Shown here one piece after another: positions 30,603 through 41,517 of a stretch of DNA of 64,000 bases (positions are counted from its first letter, which is position 1; every line of letters starts with the position of its first letter). The notes under the pieces are model-generated. The model saw only the letters and a list, made by a program, of their open reading frames with translations, made no database searches and was not told the origin of the DNA. The translations under genes and the position numbers were made by a program. Source of the stretch: a virus; the IMG/VR virus record IMGVR_UViG_3300033153_010326, positions 1 through 64,000 of that record; one strand, 5' to 3'.

Positions 30603-31428
30603 CAAAATTAATTGAAGGCAATTATTATAAGATAAAAGACTATAATAAGCCCTTAAAATTCATAGATATTATTAAAATGAATTATATATGTGATTATTGT
30701 AATACAGACCATTATAATAAAGTTTTACCTAATTTATACTTTTTTGAGATTACAAAAAATAATTATACTAAATACGGTACATCTTGCATTAAAAAGGTGT
30801 TATTATGACAAAACTAGATTATCCATGCTATAATTGCAATAAAAAATCCGCTTGTATTAGGGCTTGTAGCCTTTTATATAGGTATTTATATATTAGTATA
30901 AATAAAAATGGGTATTTTATTAATAAGGGTTTTATGCTTCAAAGTTTAAAGGATAATCAAAAATTAAATGTAGTATAACCTAAGACGGTATAATTATGAA
31001 AAAAATAAAAATAATAACATGCCCTAAATGCCAAAAAAGTTATGAAAGCGATAATAATTTAACTGCTATAATACTTTATCCTGACGAAATAAAATGCGTA
31101 TTTTGCGGATATACTTGGAAAGATAAAAAATAACGTAACATAACAAAATGGAGGTGTTATTATGATAACAAAAGATAATATTTTAGAGGTTGTAAAGTCT
31201 ATAGGTAAAAAAGACAAAAAAAGAATACGAAACAATTGGAAATTTGAGTATATTGTTTTGTATCTTTGTGTAGTTAATGTAGGAAGTTTTGTTACTATTA
31301 GATTAACGAATGATTATAATAGATATAAAAATGTAAGTAAAGACGGCAATTGTATATTATCAATTGATGATGATGTTTTTTTAAGTATAAAATAATTTTA
31401 AATATAACATAAAAACGGAAATAAAAAA

Positions 31429-31692
31429 ATGACAAAATTATATCGAATTTATACCGAAGATAAAAAATTACCTATTATTAAGTCAATAGTCAATAAATAC
31501 TTTAAAGGTTATACAATTATCAAAACCTCTGGCGTTTGGTATAATAAGTCTGAAAAAAGTGTCATAATTGAGCTTATAGCCACGTCTAAAGATATTAAGA
31601 AGGTAAAGACCATAAGTCAAGAGATAAAGGCAGTCAATCGCCAAAAGGCGGTATTATTGACTATTAGGGATATTAATAGTCAATTAGTATAA
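31429..31692 (+). CDS. PII-like ferredoxin-fold protein, possible SAM lyase / DUF3574-like
   Basis: F.GYTI....G.W....E.S..IE......I...IK....Q.AV pattern. Confidence 0.45.
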   Translation: MTKLYRIYTEDKKLPIIKSIVNKYFKGYTIIKTSGVWYNKSEKSVIIELIATSKDIKKVKTISQEIKAVNRQKAVLLTIRDINSQLV

Positions 31693-32748
31693 GGGGTATA
31701 TCATGGCAATTATAAGGTTAAAAAATTATGAGTCAAAAAAAGAATATAAAAAACTAATAGTCAATTATTATCTAATAAAGGTATTATGTTATTATTATGC
31801 TATAGGTTTTATTTGTTTATTGTATTATGTGATTAATTGTTATAATTAAAAGGGGCTATACAATGGAAAAATTAAAACTTTATCATCTAAGTAATAAAAA
31901 TATTAATAATCATATAAGTATAAATTATTTTTGTGATAATAATTATACTTTAAACGATTATAAAAGCAGTAAAATCAAAAGAGCTTTTTATTATACGAAT
32001 TTAAAAAACATAGAATACCATTTTAAATTTTATAAATACCTTTACACTGTAGAGATAAACAAAAAACATATTTATAATTTAGACATAGACACATTAAAAT
32101 TAAAAAATAAATTTAATAACATTAATGATTTATTAATTTATTTAAAAAAAAGATATACTGGAATTTTTTATAGTATAGGTAATTTAAAAATTGCGGTATT
32201 ATTTAAAAGTATAAAATACAAAAATAAAGTTTTGAATGTAGCATAACAAAAAGGAGGTGAGTAAAATGAGAAAAATAACTAATTGTAATAATTGCGGGAA
32301 GTTTATCAACATTGATAAGGCTTCAATAGATATTAGAAAAAACAAAAAAATAAAAGTCTATTGTAAAAATTATAAATGTGAAAAATAAAAACTTTAACAA
32401 TAACCTATAATAGATTGGAGGTGATATTTATGTATAGTTTACAATACATCAACGCAATCAATACCGAAAAAACACAAGAAGCTAAAAAAGCAAAACTACA
32501 ACCTTTTATTGCTGAAGTTGATGGAGATATTAGGGTAAACTATTGTCCGTTTTTAGCTAATTATTTGCCTGAGGGGTATGAAATAGTTAATACCTTTTTT
32601 GTAGATAGTTCGGGCCTTGGAAGAGAAAACGAATTAGCTTTAACTTTTAAACAATTTTTAACAAAAGTTAAAAGGGGTTTTGGCTATGCAATAGCGGAGG
32701 CTGGGCAATTTCAGCTTTACATTAACGAGTATAAAAAGATATAAATTT

Positions 32749-32770
32749 AAAGGGGCAATTTTGCCCCTTT
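32749..32770 (+). terminator. intrinsic terminator-like hairpin
   Basis: AAAGGGGCAA-TT-TTGCCCCTTT after a stop codon. Confidence 0.6.
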
Positions 32771-33164
32771 GCAATTATCTTATTACAGAGGTATTATACC
32801 ATGAAAAGTATAATAGTTTTGATTATTATAGGTATTATAATCTATTGTTATGTAAAGAGGTTATAAGGGAGGTGTTGTTATGTTATGGAGGTTATCAAAG
32901 TCAGAAATAATAAAAGCATTGTATAAACTGTATCAAGGCAAGGTAAAGAGTTTTTATTTGCCTAGTGGTTTATACCTTTGGGCTACGCTATACAATGGTG
33001 AGGTTATAACTGTACATGATTATCAGATACCAGGGGCGTTGTAATTGCCTAGTTTTAAGGGGCAAATTAACGAGTTTAGGGCTTGGGGTATACTTTAGGT
33101 CTTACAATTTAAAAAGGTCTTAGAGAGGCTATAACAGGCTATAAAAAATTTTTTCAAAGTAATG

Positions 33165-33280
33165 GATTTAGTAGAAAAAAAAATACTAGGGTATTAAATT
33201 TTGTAGAAAAAAAAAGTTGAGTAGTAAATTTGATAGAAAAAAAAATTCTAAGGCAATAGATTTTATAGAAAAAAGTTTAT
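33165..33280 (+). repeat. four ~31-bp phased TAGA(n) A-tract repeats
   Basis: ATTTnnTAGAAAAAA recurring about every 31 bp. Confidence 0.65.
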
Positions 33281-33529
33281 AAAGTTTTTAAGAAGTAAAC
33301 TTATACAAGAGGTTTAAAAAGTTCTTTCTAAAGTAGTAAAAGAAGAAAACTTGTTTTCAAGGTTTATAAAGTTTTTAGAAACAGAAAAATTTTTGGATTT
33401 TTTTCCAATATGTAATCCCTAAAAACTACTGAGTTTTTTATACAATATGACAATATCGTAAACTGCTAGACTTTTATATAGGTATATATAATATACAAAA
33501 ATTAATAATACAAAAGGTTGATTTTAAAT

Positions 33530-33558
33530 TTGACTTTTTAAAAATAATATGGTAAACT
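33530..33558 (+). promoter_or_regulatory. sigma70-type promoter
   Basis: TTGACT-N17-TAAACT with extended TG. Confidence 0.65.
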
Positions 33559-33914
33559 TGATTTAGAAAACGGAGGTATTAAAATGAATAATTATAAACC
33601 TACTATTGAACAAGCTATTATAGATTTAAAAGAAATCAAACAACAATGGCAAGAAATAATACTTTCTAAAGATAGTTGGCGAATTGGAGCAATTGATAAA
33701 ATAATTGATGAAATTTCTTCTTATCAAAAACAAATTAAAGTTTTAAAAATAAAATTATCACAAGAACAGGAAAGAATAATTACTTGTTGGTGTGGTAGGA
33801 CTTATCAAATAAACGACTTAGTTGACTTGTCAGATGAATAAGGAAGGTATAAAGGGCAAGTTACCCCTGAAATACCCCAACTTGCCTCCCTTCCTCTAAC
33901 AAAAGGATAATACA

Positions 33915-34310
33915 ATGTTAAGATACCATAAAAAAATATACTTTCCTAAAGATTATATACCTAAATTAAGAAATATGACTGAAATATTAAACTATTCTCA
34001 ATGGCAATATACTGCTCATTGTATAGACCGTATTAAGAATAAAGCATATAATTTACAAGAGGTGTTAAGATTTATTAAAAATATGATATTACAAGTTGAA
34101 AATATATTTGAGTTTTATACCAATAGTTTTAATTTTATTACTAGAATATGCTATCGTATACCTTATAATAAGGATATAGACCTTATATTAATAGTAGGAG
34201 AAGGCAAAAAACTTATAACAATTTATTACAATGCTAGAAGCGATAAGCACTTTACTTTAGATAAAGCCCTATATGAAAAAAAAATTAATAAAACAAAAGA
34301 TAGATTTTAG
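33915..34310 (+). CDS. possible RelE/DUF4258-like RNase-fold protein
   Basis: YTAHCIDR ... DLILIV....LITIY pattern. Confidence 0.35.
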   Translation: MLRYHKKIYFPKDYIPKLRNMTEILNYSQWQYTAHCIDRIKNKAYNLQEVLRFIKNMILQVENIFEFYTNSFNFITRICYRIPYNKDIDLILIVGEGKKLITIYYNARSDKHFTLDKALYEKKINKTKDRF

Positions 34311-34313
34311 ACC

Positions 34314-34341
34314 TTGACAAAATTCAAATATAGAGTATACT
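34314..34341 (+). promoter_or_regulatory. sigma70-type promoter
   Basis: TTGACA-N16-TATACT. Confidence 0.7.
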
Positions 34342-34351
34342 TAGTATTGCC

Positions 34352-34506
34352 TATTGAGAGAGGTATTAAGGTTAATTAAATTGAGGCTCAACTAGAAGCC
34401 TATATAATAAGTATTATAAAATTAGGCGAATGAATTGAAGGTTTTGAACCTTACTTACTTATTCTAGTAGAGATTAAAAATTTCCATATCTCGTATCTCT
34501 CTCAAT
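34352..34506 (+). ncRNA. candidate structured leader RNA
   Basis: 14-bp closing stem TATTGAGAGAGGTA/TATCTCTCTCAATA plus inner stems; starts just after the promoter. Confidence 0.6.
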
Positions 34507-35249
34507 ATTTTAAAAGAAAGGATAAAATAAAATGTATAAAACCATAGCAGAAGTTAAAATAGCTAATAAAAATAAAGGATATTTTTTCTTTTCTCCTGAT
34601 ACTATGAGATTTTTTAATAGTGAAATTGAAAGCGAAATTATAAAAGGCAAATATTTCATCACTTCTGAAAGAATGAAATTATCAATGCCTAAGTTATATA
34701 CTATAAGAGAAGCAAAAGAAAATGGAAGTATTGATACTGTAGGGAATTTTCAACAATATACAATTAAAATGAACGCCCTTTTATTTATTAAAAATTATTT
34801 ATAATATTAATAAAAGGATAAATCATGAAATATAAAATAAAAACCAATATAGATACTAGGGGTGTAGCCGAAGATAATATTCTTTTAAAAAAATATCCTT
34901 TTTTAAATTTAATTCAAAAATACCAATATGATGAAAATTTATGTATGAATTATGCTTTAAATACTGATGAAGATTTATCATGCACCGAAGCATTTGAAAT
35001 TATTAAACGAGATTATATACAAATACCTTTAGAGATAGCAAAGGAAGAAGATTTAATAGTTTACCATGATTATAATGAAATTGATGATGATGAATTTGTA
35101 GAACATTTTGCAATTATAAAAGAAGTAAATAAAACTTTAGATAGTATTATTATAAGGAGTAAGTGGGGTAGAATGGGCATATATGAAACTAATATATATA
35201 ATGTACCTAATATATATGGCAATAGAATAACTATATGGAGAAAGAAAAA

Positions 35250-35433
35250 ATGAAATCTCAAATTATGTGGGCTTGGTATGATAATGATACAAAGACCTTT
35301 ATGTATATATATATATATATATGAAGCAAAATTTCAAGTTGAAATGTGTTCGCCTGATGGATTTAAATATAAACAGAAAATCGGACAAGGTAAAATAGTA
35401 AAAGTGACTGTTAGTAAATGGAGGGCGAAATGA
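35250..35433 (+). pseudogene. small gene frameshifted by a (TA)n microsatellite
   Basis: A 19-nt TA run puts TGA in frame; +2 or -4 nt restores an ORF whose stop overlaps the next ATG. Confidence 0.6.
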
Positions 35434-35909
35434 AACTAGATAGAGATAAAATAATAGAAGTAGGATTAGTTGAGAAATTTGCAAAATCTAAGTATATTAA
35501 AAATAAATTAACAAAAATTTTTAATTATTATAAAGAAGAATATCAATTAAATACTACATTTGAATATTATAATTATCATAGACACCGTAATTTTTATAAT
35601 ATTACTAAAGATATGATAGGTATATCAGAAGAAGGTATACATCATGATTTAAATCAGTTAGTTTTGTTAGAAGTTAATAAGATAGATAATTTTTTAGATA
35701 TGGCTATTTGGTGTTTATTACACGAAATAAAACATTCTATTCAATATCATTATGATAGAGAAAAAAGTGAAACTTATGATGGATTGTATACAAAAATACT
35801 ATATAGCTTTAATTACACTTTTGAAGAACGAGCTAAAAGATATAGACAAATACCCTTAGAAAAAGAAGCTGATGAATTTGCTAATCAAGAAATTAATAAA
35901 TGGAGATAA
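35430..35909 (+). CDS. HExxH zincin-like protein
   Basis: LLHEIKH ... EKEADEFA; start at 35430 after GGAGG. Confidence 0.65.
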   Translation: MKLDRDKIIEVGLVEKFAKSKYIKNKLTKIFNYYKEEYQLNTTFEYYNYHRHRNFYNITKDMIGISEEGIHHDLNQLVLLEVNKIDNFLDMAIWCLLHEIKHSIQYHYDREKSETYDGLYTKILYSFNYTFEERAKRYRQIPLEKEADEFANQEINKWR

Positions 35910-36224
35910 AACTATGACAAAATTTAAAGCAGTATTAGGGCTTATAACTTTATTTGTAGGGGGTTTTATAGTTTTAGGGTTTACTATGTGGCTTGGTTAT
36001 AATACTTGGGTATATATGTGTATTGATTGGATAATTAAGTAATAGAAAGGAGATAAATAAAATGGTAAAAATACATGCTACTTGGTGGATATGGTATAAG
36101 TATTTATTACCTACAAGATTAACTCTTAAATCTAATCCTAGAATACATAGATGGTTATTTTGGGTATGGTAAAAATATTTTTCTTTCTCGTCGGAGTTAA
36201 TAAAGAAAAAGGTAGAAATAGAAT

Positions 36225-36253
36225 TTGACTTTTGTAGGATTGTATGGTATACT
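36225..36253 (+). promoter_or_regulatory. sigma70-type promoter
   Basis: TTGACT-N17-TATACT with extended TG. Confidence 0.75.
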
Positions 36254-36473
36254 TGATTTAGAAATAAAGGAGGAAAATAAGATGAAAATAAACATAGGAT
36301 ATTTTAATGCTGTAAAAGAAAAAGTAAGATTAGAAAGTTATGAATGTGGATTATACGGTCAGATAAAAAATAAATATAGAGTTATATTTTGCAAAGATAG
36401 TAAAGAATTTGTTACTCAAAGAAAATTTAAAAACGGTTGGCTTTGTTTACATAACTAATATAGGAATATAATA

Positions 36474-36872
36474 ATGAAAAATAAAATAGGTAAAATACAT
36501 AAAGAAACCTTCATCCGTTGTCAAGGAAATTGTCAAGTGTGTGTTTATAAAGACGGAAATTGTCAACTACAAAAAATTATTAAGAAATATGGATTAGACC
36601 ATATAAGAAATTTGGTATATAATGAAAAAATAGATATACCTGTAAAGATTAAAAGAGGTAGAGGTAGACCTCGCAAGATAAAAACATCATCAGAGGAAAC
36701 CCTAAGACAAGCTAAAGAAACGCTTGGGAAGGGCATACATAGAGGATTTGTATATATTAAATGTATAAGATGTGGAGAAGAAAAAACAATTCATACTCAA
36801 AATAAAGAGCTATATACAGAAGAAATTAAAAAGAATTTTATATGTGTTACTTGTAAAGGAGGAATAAAATGA
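36474..36872 (+). CDS. AT-hook, Cys-rich DNA-binding protein
   Basis: KRGRGRPRK; CxxC pairs. Confidence 0.6.
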   Translation: MKNKIGKIHKETFIRCQGNCQVCVYKDGNCQLQKIIKKYGLDHIRNLVYNEKIDIPVKIKRGRGRPRKIKTSSEETLRQAKETLGKGIHRGFVYIKCIRCGEEKTIHTQNKELYTEEIKKNFICVTCKGGIK

Positions 36873-37204
36873 AAGCTATAGAATTATTGGAATATATATT
36901 ATTTAGATTACCTATCTATAACTTAGAATATTTATCTCTTGAAGATATAGCAAAAGAATTTAAACTATATGATAAATATAAACCTGAAAGCACACAGGAG
37001 GAAATAGCTGAATTTTTATTGCAAAATTTCAGAAAAGGAGGAGAAAATGGCTAATAGAGAAGAAAGAATATTAATCGAGGAATTAGTAAAAGATATTGAT
37101 ACAGATATGCAAGACGAAAGTTATCGTAAGTATGCTTCAAGAGAATTAGAAGTATAATAATTAGGAAAAGAATTTTTAACTCAACTATAAAAGGGAGGTT
37201 TAAG

Positions 37205-38008
37205 ATGTGTAAATTTTTTAGTTTAGTATCTAAAGGGAATGGTAAAGCATTATATTTTGATAGTGAGTTAAGGAAAAGGTGTAAGGATGGGGATTTAAAA
37301 GATAGGAATTATGAAGTTGATAGTCATACCTCTATAGCTGATTATTATGGTTATAAAGGTATGATGGAGGATAGATTAAATAAATATGAATATAATCCTT
37401 TAACTAAGAAATTTACTATAGACCAAATAAATACTAAAGATGACTCTGAACAGATAAAGGTATTTTGTAATAGGTTAAATTTTAAGAAGATTATACCTGA
37501 ATTAAATTCACATCCCATTATTAATCCTTTAATAGATATTAAAACTTTAAAGGTTACTAAAAAGGATAAAGAATTATTAAAGGAATGGATAAAGGTTAGG
37601 GATAGTGTTAAGGGTAGTATTGTCGGTAGTGTTAGGGGAAGTGTTGGGGGTAGTGTTAAGGGTAGTATTGGGGGTAGTATTTGGGATAGTATTTGGGGAA
37701 GTATTGGGGATAGTGTTGGGGATAGTGTTTGGGGTAGTGTTGGGGGTAGTGTTTGGGGAAATGTTGGGGGTAGTATTTGGGGTAGTGTTTGGAGTAGTGT
37801 TTGGGATAGTATTAGGAGTAGTGTTTATGCTTATATATCCTCTTTCTTTGATTTAAAACAATACAAGGGTATTAAGCATAAGGAAGGTGTAAATCCTTTT
37901 CAATCTGCTATAGACCTTTGGAATAGAGGTTTAGTACCTGGTTTTGATGGTAAAATTTGGAGATTACATGGTTATAAAGGTAAGGTGTTATATGAAAAGA
38001 AAAGATAA
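37205..38008 (+). CDS. hypothetical protein with S(V/I)(W/G)(G/D) tetrapeptide repeats
   Basis: 12-nt tandem repeat at ~37600-37825. Confidence 0.7.
   Translation: MCKFFSLVSKGNGKALYFDSELRKRCKDGDLKDRNYEVDSHTSIADYYGYKGMMEDRLNKYEYNPLTKKFTIDQINTKDDSEQIKVFCNRLNFKKIIPELNSHPIINPLIDIKTLKVTKKDKELLKEWIKVRDSVKGSIVGSVRGSVGGSVKGSIGGSIWDSIWGSIGDSVGDSVWGSVGGSVWGNVGGSIWGSVWSSVWDSIRSSVYAYISSFFDLKQYKGIKHKEGVNPFQSAIDLWNRGLVPGFDGKIWRLHGYKGKVLYEKKR
37600..37825 (+). repeat. 12-bp degenerate coding tandem repeat (about 19 units)
   Basis: AGT RTT DGG GRT-like units. Confidence 0.85.
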
Positions 38009-39081
38009 TCGTGTTTAGGGTTGCTGTCTTAATTACTACTGGAACAACTGGCAAGAGCTTTGATACTAGAGAGCAAGCTGACGAGTGGCTTCTATCTATG
38101 ATGGATAAGCATAATATTAAAAAGTTTAGGATTAAAGATTTAGATATTAATACTGTAATAGAAACAGAACGAGGTCGGAGGGATAAAAAGGAGGAATAAA
38201 ATGGATTTGTATATAATATTTATTCAAAGAAAAGAAAGATATGAAGGACAATATGGAGTAGAAGCAGTTGAAATTGCTGACGAATATACCTATGCTGATA
38301 ATCCTGATTGGTTAAATCATAAATTAGAGGTGTGGCAAGAAGCAGAGGATATTATAAAAGCAGAAATAGTTACTGTAAAAATAAATGAAACAGAAGTGAA
38401 GGAAATTCTTTTTCCTTCTAAAATTTTAAAAGGAGATATAAAAAAGGAGAAATAGAAAATGAAAAAACACTTATTATTTTTTCCTAGTCAAATCAATTTA
38501 TTTTTTCCATCTTATCCCTTTCTTTTAATGTGTAAAAAAACAACTCATAATAGAAATATAGTTACTAATTTGCCTAATAAAACTACTTGTAAACTATGTA
38601 AATGAGCTTTAAAAAAGGAAAGAAAAGTGTTAAATAAACTATTAAAAGAAATAAAAAAATGGAAGGAAATTAATATGAATATAGATGATTTTGTATTTGT
38701 ATTTATAAGTTGTATAGCATTAGGTATATTGGTATTTATTGCTTTAACTTTAAATGATTTGGTAAATTTGTTTAGAGAATGAGTAAACAAGGAGGAATAA
38801 AATGATATTAGAAATAACTACTGGAATAGAAAATTTAACAAAAGAAACATAGATAAAAATTTGGAATTTAATAGAAGAAGGCTTTACAAGTGGAATAGGT
38901 AGTCCTATAGGGATTAATTGGATATTAACAAAGGAAGAATAAAATATGACTAAAAAAATAATCTATATTTCTGATATTCCTATGTTTAAATGCGATACTC
39001 CAAAAAAACGATATAAATTACAAAATCGGCTAAAAAGAATATGGAAAAATATCACTATGAGAATTGTTGGAGATAAATATT

Positions 39082-39546
39082 ATGACTAAAAAACAATTAG
39101 TAAATGAATTAATAAAATATAAAAAACTTTGTTTAGTAGACACTTTAACAAAATTATGGAATAGAAGAAAACTAAATAAAGATGTAGATATATATTTATC
39201 TAAACAACTAAGATATAATACTTGTTATAATATAGTAATGATTGATATTGATAATTTTAAACAGGTGAACGATACTAAAGGGCATTTAGAAGGCGATAAA
39301 GTTTTAATAGCTGTAGCTAACATACTTAAAAATAACATTCGTAAACATGAAGGCTGTTACAGGTTGTCAGGTGATGAATTTATTTTAATAGTAAAAGGAA
39401 ACAATCCTATGGGTGTAATAAAAAGAATAGAAAAAAGATTATCAAAAATTAATATTAGTATAAGTTATGGTATTAGTTTTATACAAGAAGGAGTGTTAGA
39501 TTTCATAGATAGAGAAATGTATAAAAATAAAAGGAGGAAAAAATGA
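39082..39546 (+). CDS. stand-alone GGDEF diguanylate cyclase
   Basis: DTLT.LWNRR, MIDIDNFKQVNDTKGHLEGDKVL, YRLSGDEF, ISISYG. Confidence 0.9.
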   Translation: MTKKQLVNELIKYKKLCLVDTLTKLWNRRKLNKDVDIYLSKQLRYNTCYNIVMIDIDNFKQVNDTKGHLEGDKVLIAVANILKNNIRKHEGCYRLSGDEFILIVKGNNPMGVIKRIEKRLSKINISISYGISFIQEGVLDFIDREMYKNKRRKK

Positions 39547-39887
39547 TTATAGGATATTTTGCTAGAACATTTAATAAAAACCATAAATCTTTATCTACAA
39601 AAACTCATATAGTCCATGATGATAAAATATTATGTGGCTATAAACCTCATAAATCTATGCAGTTTCAATGGTGTGCAAGTGTAAATTCTTTAGAATATTT
39701 AGAATGTGAAAAATTACAAAGTAAAGAAAATTTAAAAATAGGAGAAAAAAATGATAGGTATATGTAAACAATGTGGAAAATGTGAAGATATGACACTTGA
39801 AGAAGCAAAAAGCCCTGGGTGCTTATGTTCTGAATGTTTTAAAAAATATGAGAGTGATGCTTGTGGGAATATAAAAAGGAGAAAATA

Positions 39888-41003
39888 ATGTATGTATTAG
39901 GATTATTTGGTATTATGTTTTTAATTTGGTTTTTTGGATTTTATAAATCTTCTGATAATACAGAAGGAAGTATACAAATAACTTCTGTAACAGATGAAGA
40001 AGCGATTAATCATATAAACGCTTCAAAAGATGAAGCGTTAAAAGTAGAAATTAAAGATAGTAAATTTGACCATACTAGAATTATACCCTATGAAGGAGAA
40101 ACTATAAATCAATTTGAATTTAGACCTCAAACATGGGAACAGTTTATAGGTCAAGAAGAAGCTAAAGCTAGAGCCAAAACTATTATAAAGAAAGTGAAGA
40201 AGAATATTAGAGGACATTTAATTTTAAGTGCTATCAAAGGACATGGTAAAACTACCTTCATAGAACTTTTAGCTAAGAGTATGAGAGCTAGATTGATTAA
40301 AAGGATAGGCAAGCAATTAAATGAAGATAGTTTAATTGATATAATAAACGAAATAAACTCTTGTCCTGAAAAAGAGGTAATATTTTTTATAGATGAAATA
40401 GATACTATGGATTGGAAAATTTTAAAGATTTTAAATCCTATTATAGAACAGTTTGAAATTAATGGAAAGAAAATAAAGCCCTTTGTATTTGCAAGTGCAA
40501 CCATTAACAAGCATACTTTAATTAAAAATAATCCCGATACGCTTGACCGAATTCCACATCATATTCAATTTCATAGATACACTGCTAACGATATAAGTAA
40601 AATTATAACTCAATATAAAAATCATTTATATACTGATGAAAATATCCCTAAAGAAGCTATTGAAGTTATTTCTCATTCTTGTAAATTTAATCCTAGAACT
40701 GCTATAGCATTATTAGAAGATTATATTATAGAAAGAAATATGAATATAGTTTTAAAGAATAATAAGATTATAAGGAATGGTTTAAATGATATTGATATAT
40801 CTGTCCTAAAAATATTAAACAACTCTACAAGGGCTATAGGGGCGAATTCTTTGGCTATGCAAGTAGGTCTATCACAAAATCAATACATAAGAGAATTTGA
40901 ACCTTTTTTAGTAGAATTTGGATATATTGCTCGTATTCCGTCAAGAATAATAACACAACTGGGAAGAATAACATTGGAGAAATTAAATGATAAAATTAAC
41001 TAA
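39888..41003 (+). CDS. RuvB-like AAA+ ATPase with N-terminal transmembrane segment
   Basis: RP.T.EQFIGQ, GHGKTT, FFIDEI, PRTA, GL..ID, EPFL...G; hydrophobic N-terminus. Confidence 0.8.
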   Translation: MYVLGLFGIMFLIWFFGFYKSSDNTEGSIQITSVTDEEAINHINASKDEALKVEIKDSKFDHTRIIPYEGETINQFEFRPQTWEQFIGQEEAKARAKTIIKKVKKNIRGHLILSAIKGHGKTTFIELLAKSMRARLIKRIGKQLNEDSLIDIINEINSCPEKEVIFFIDEIDTMDWKILKILNPIIEQFEINGKKIKPFVFASATINKHTLIKNNPDTLDRIPHHIQFHRYTANDISKIITQYKNHLYTDENIPKEAIEVISHSCKFNPRTAIALLEDYIIERNMNIVLKNNKIIRNGLNDIDISVLKILNNSTRAIGANSLAMQVGLSQNQYIREFEPFLVEFGYIARIPSRIITQLGRITLEKLNDKIN

Positions 41004-41517
41004 TAAAGAAAAATATTGGTTAGCAGGATTTATTGATGGTGATGGTTGCATAGCTATAAGATTAGGCTATATATCACATAAAAGAAAAAAATTTAAATTA
41101 TATAAAACCTATAGTTATATTAGACCTTCGGTAGAAATAGGAAATACCGATAAAAATGTTATAAAAGAAATTTCTAAATTATTAAATTCTAAATATAGAA
41201 CTATAAAAAGAAAAAGAGGATATAAAAACTTTTATATTATTACATTATCAATTAAAAGCAGTATAGAATTATTAATCATTATTAAAAATTCATTAAAAAT
41301 AAAAAAACCTCAAACAGAACTATGTTTACATTTATATAAAACTTTTAGTAATCATAAAAGAACAATTCAAGGAAGATTTAGAAAATTAGATAAAAGAACT
41401 ATAAAAAAGAGGTTTTATTTATACAAACAATGTAAACTTTTAAATAAAAGAGGTAAACCAATAATAAATAAAAATCAATTATTAAAAAAATTAAGAAAGG
41501 AAGGGTTAATAAAATGA
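40987..41517 (+). CDS. LAGLIDADG homing endonuclease
   Basis: WLAGFIDGDGCI; L.IKK.Q. Confidence 0.9.
   Translation: MIKLTNKEKYWLAGFIDGDGCIAIRLGYISHKRKKFKLYKTYSYIRPSVEIGNTDKNVIKEISKLLNSKYRTIKRKRGYKNFYIITLSIKSSIELLIIIKNSLKIKKPQTELCLHLYKTFSNHKRTIQGRFRKLDKRTIKKRFYLYKQCKLLNKRGKPIINKNQLLKKLRKEGLIK

Noticed and set aside
37600-37825. CRISPR array
   Set aside because: Contiguous degenerate 12-mers with no unique spacers, in frame within a CDS; no cas genes.
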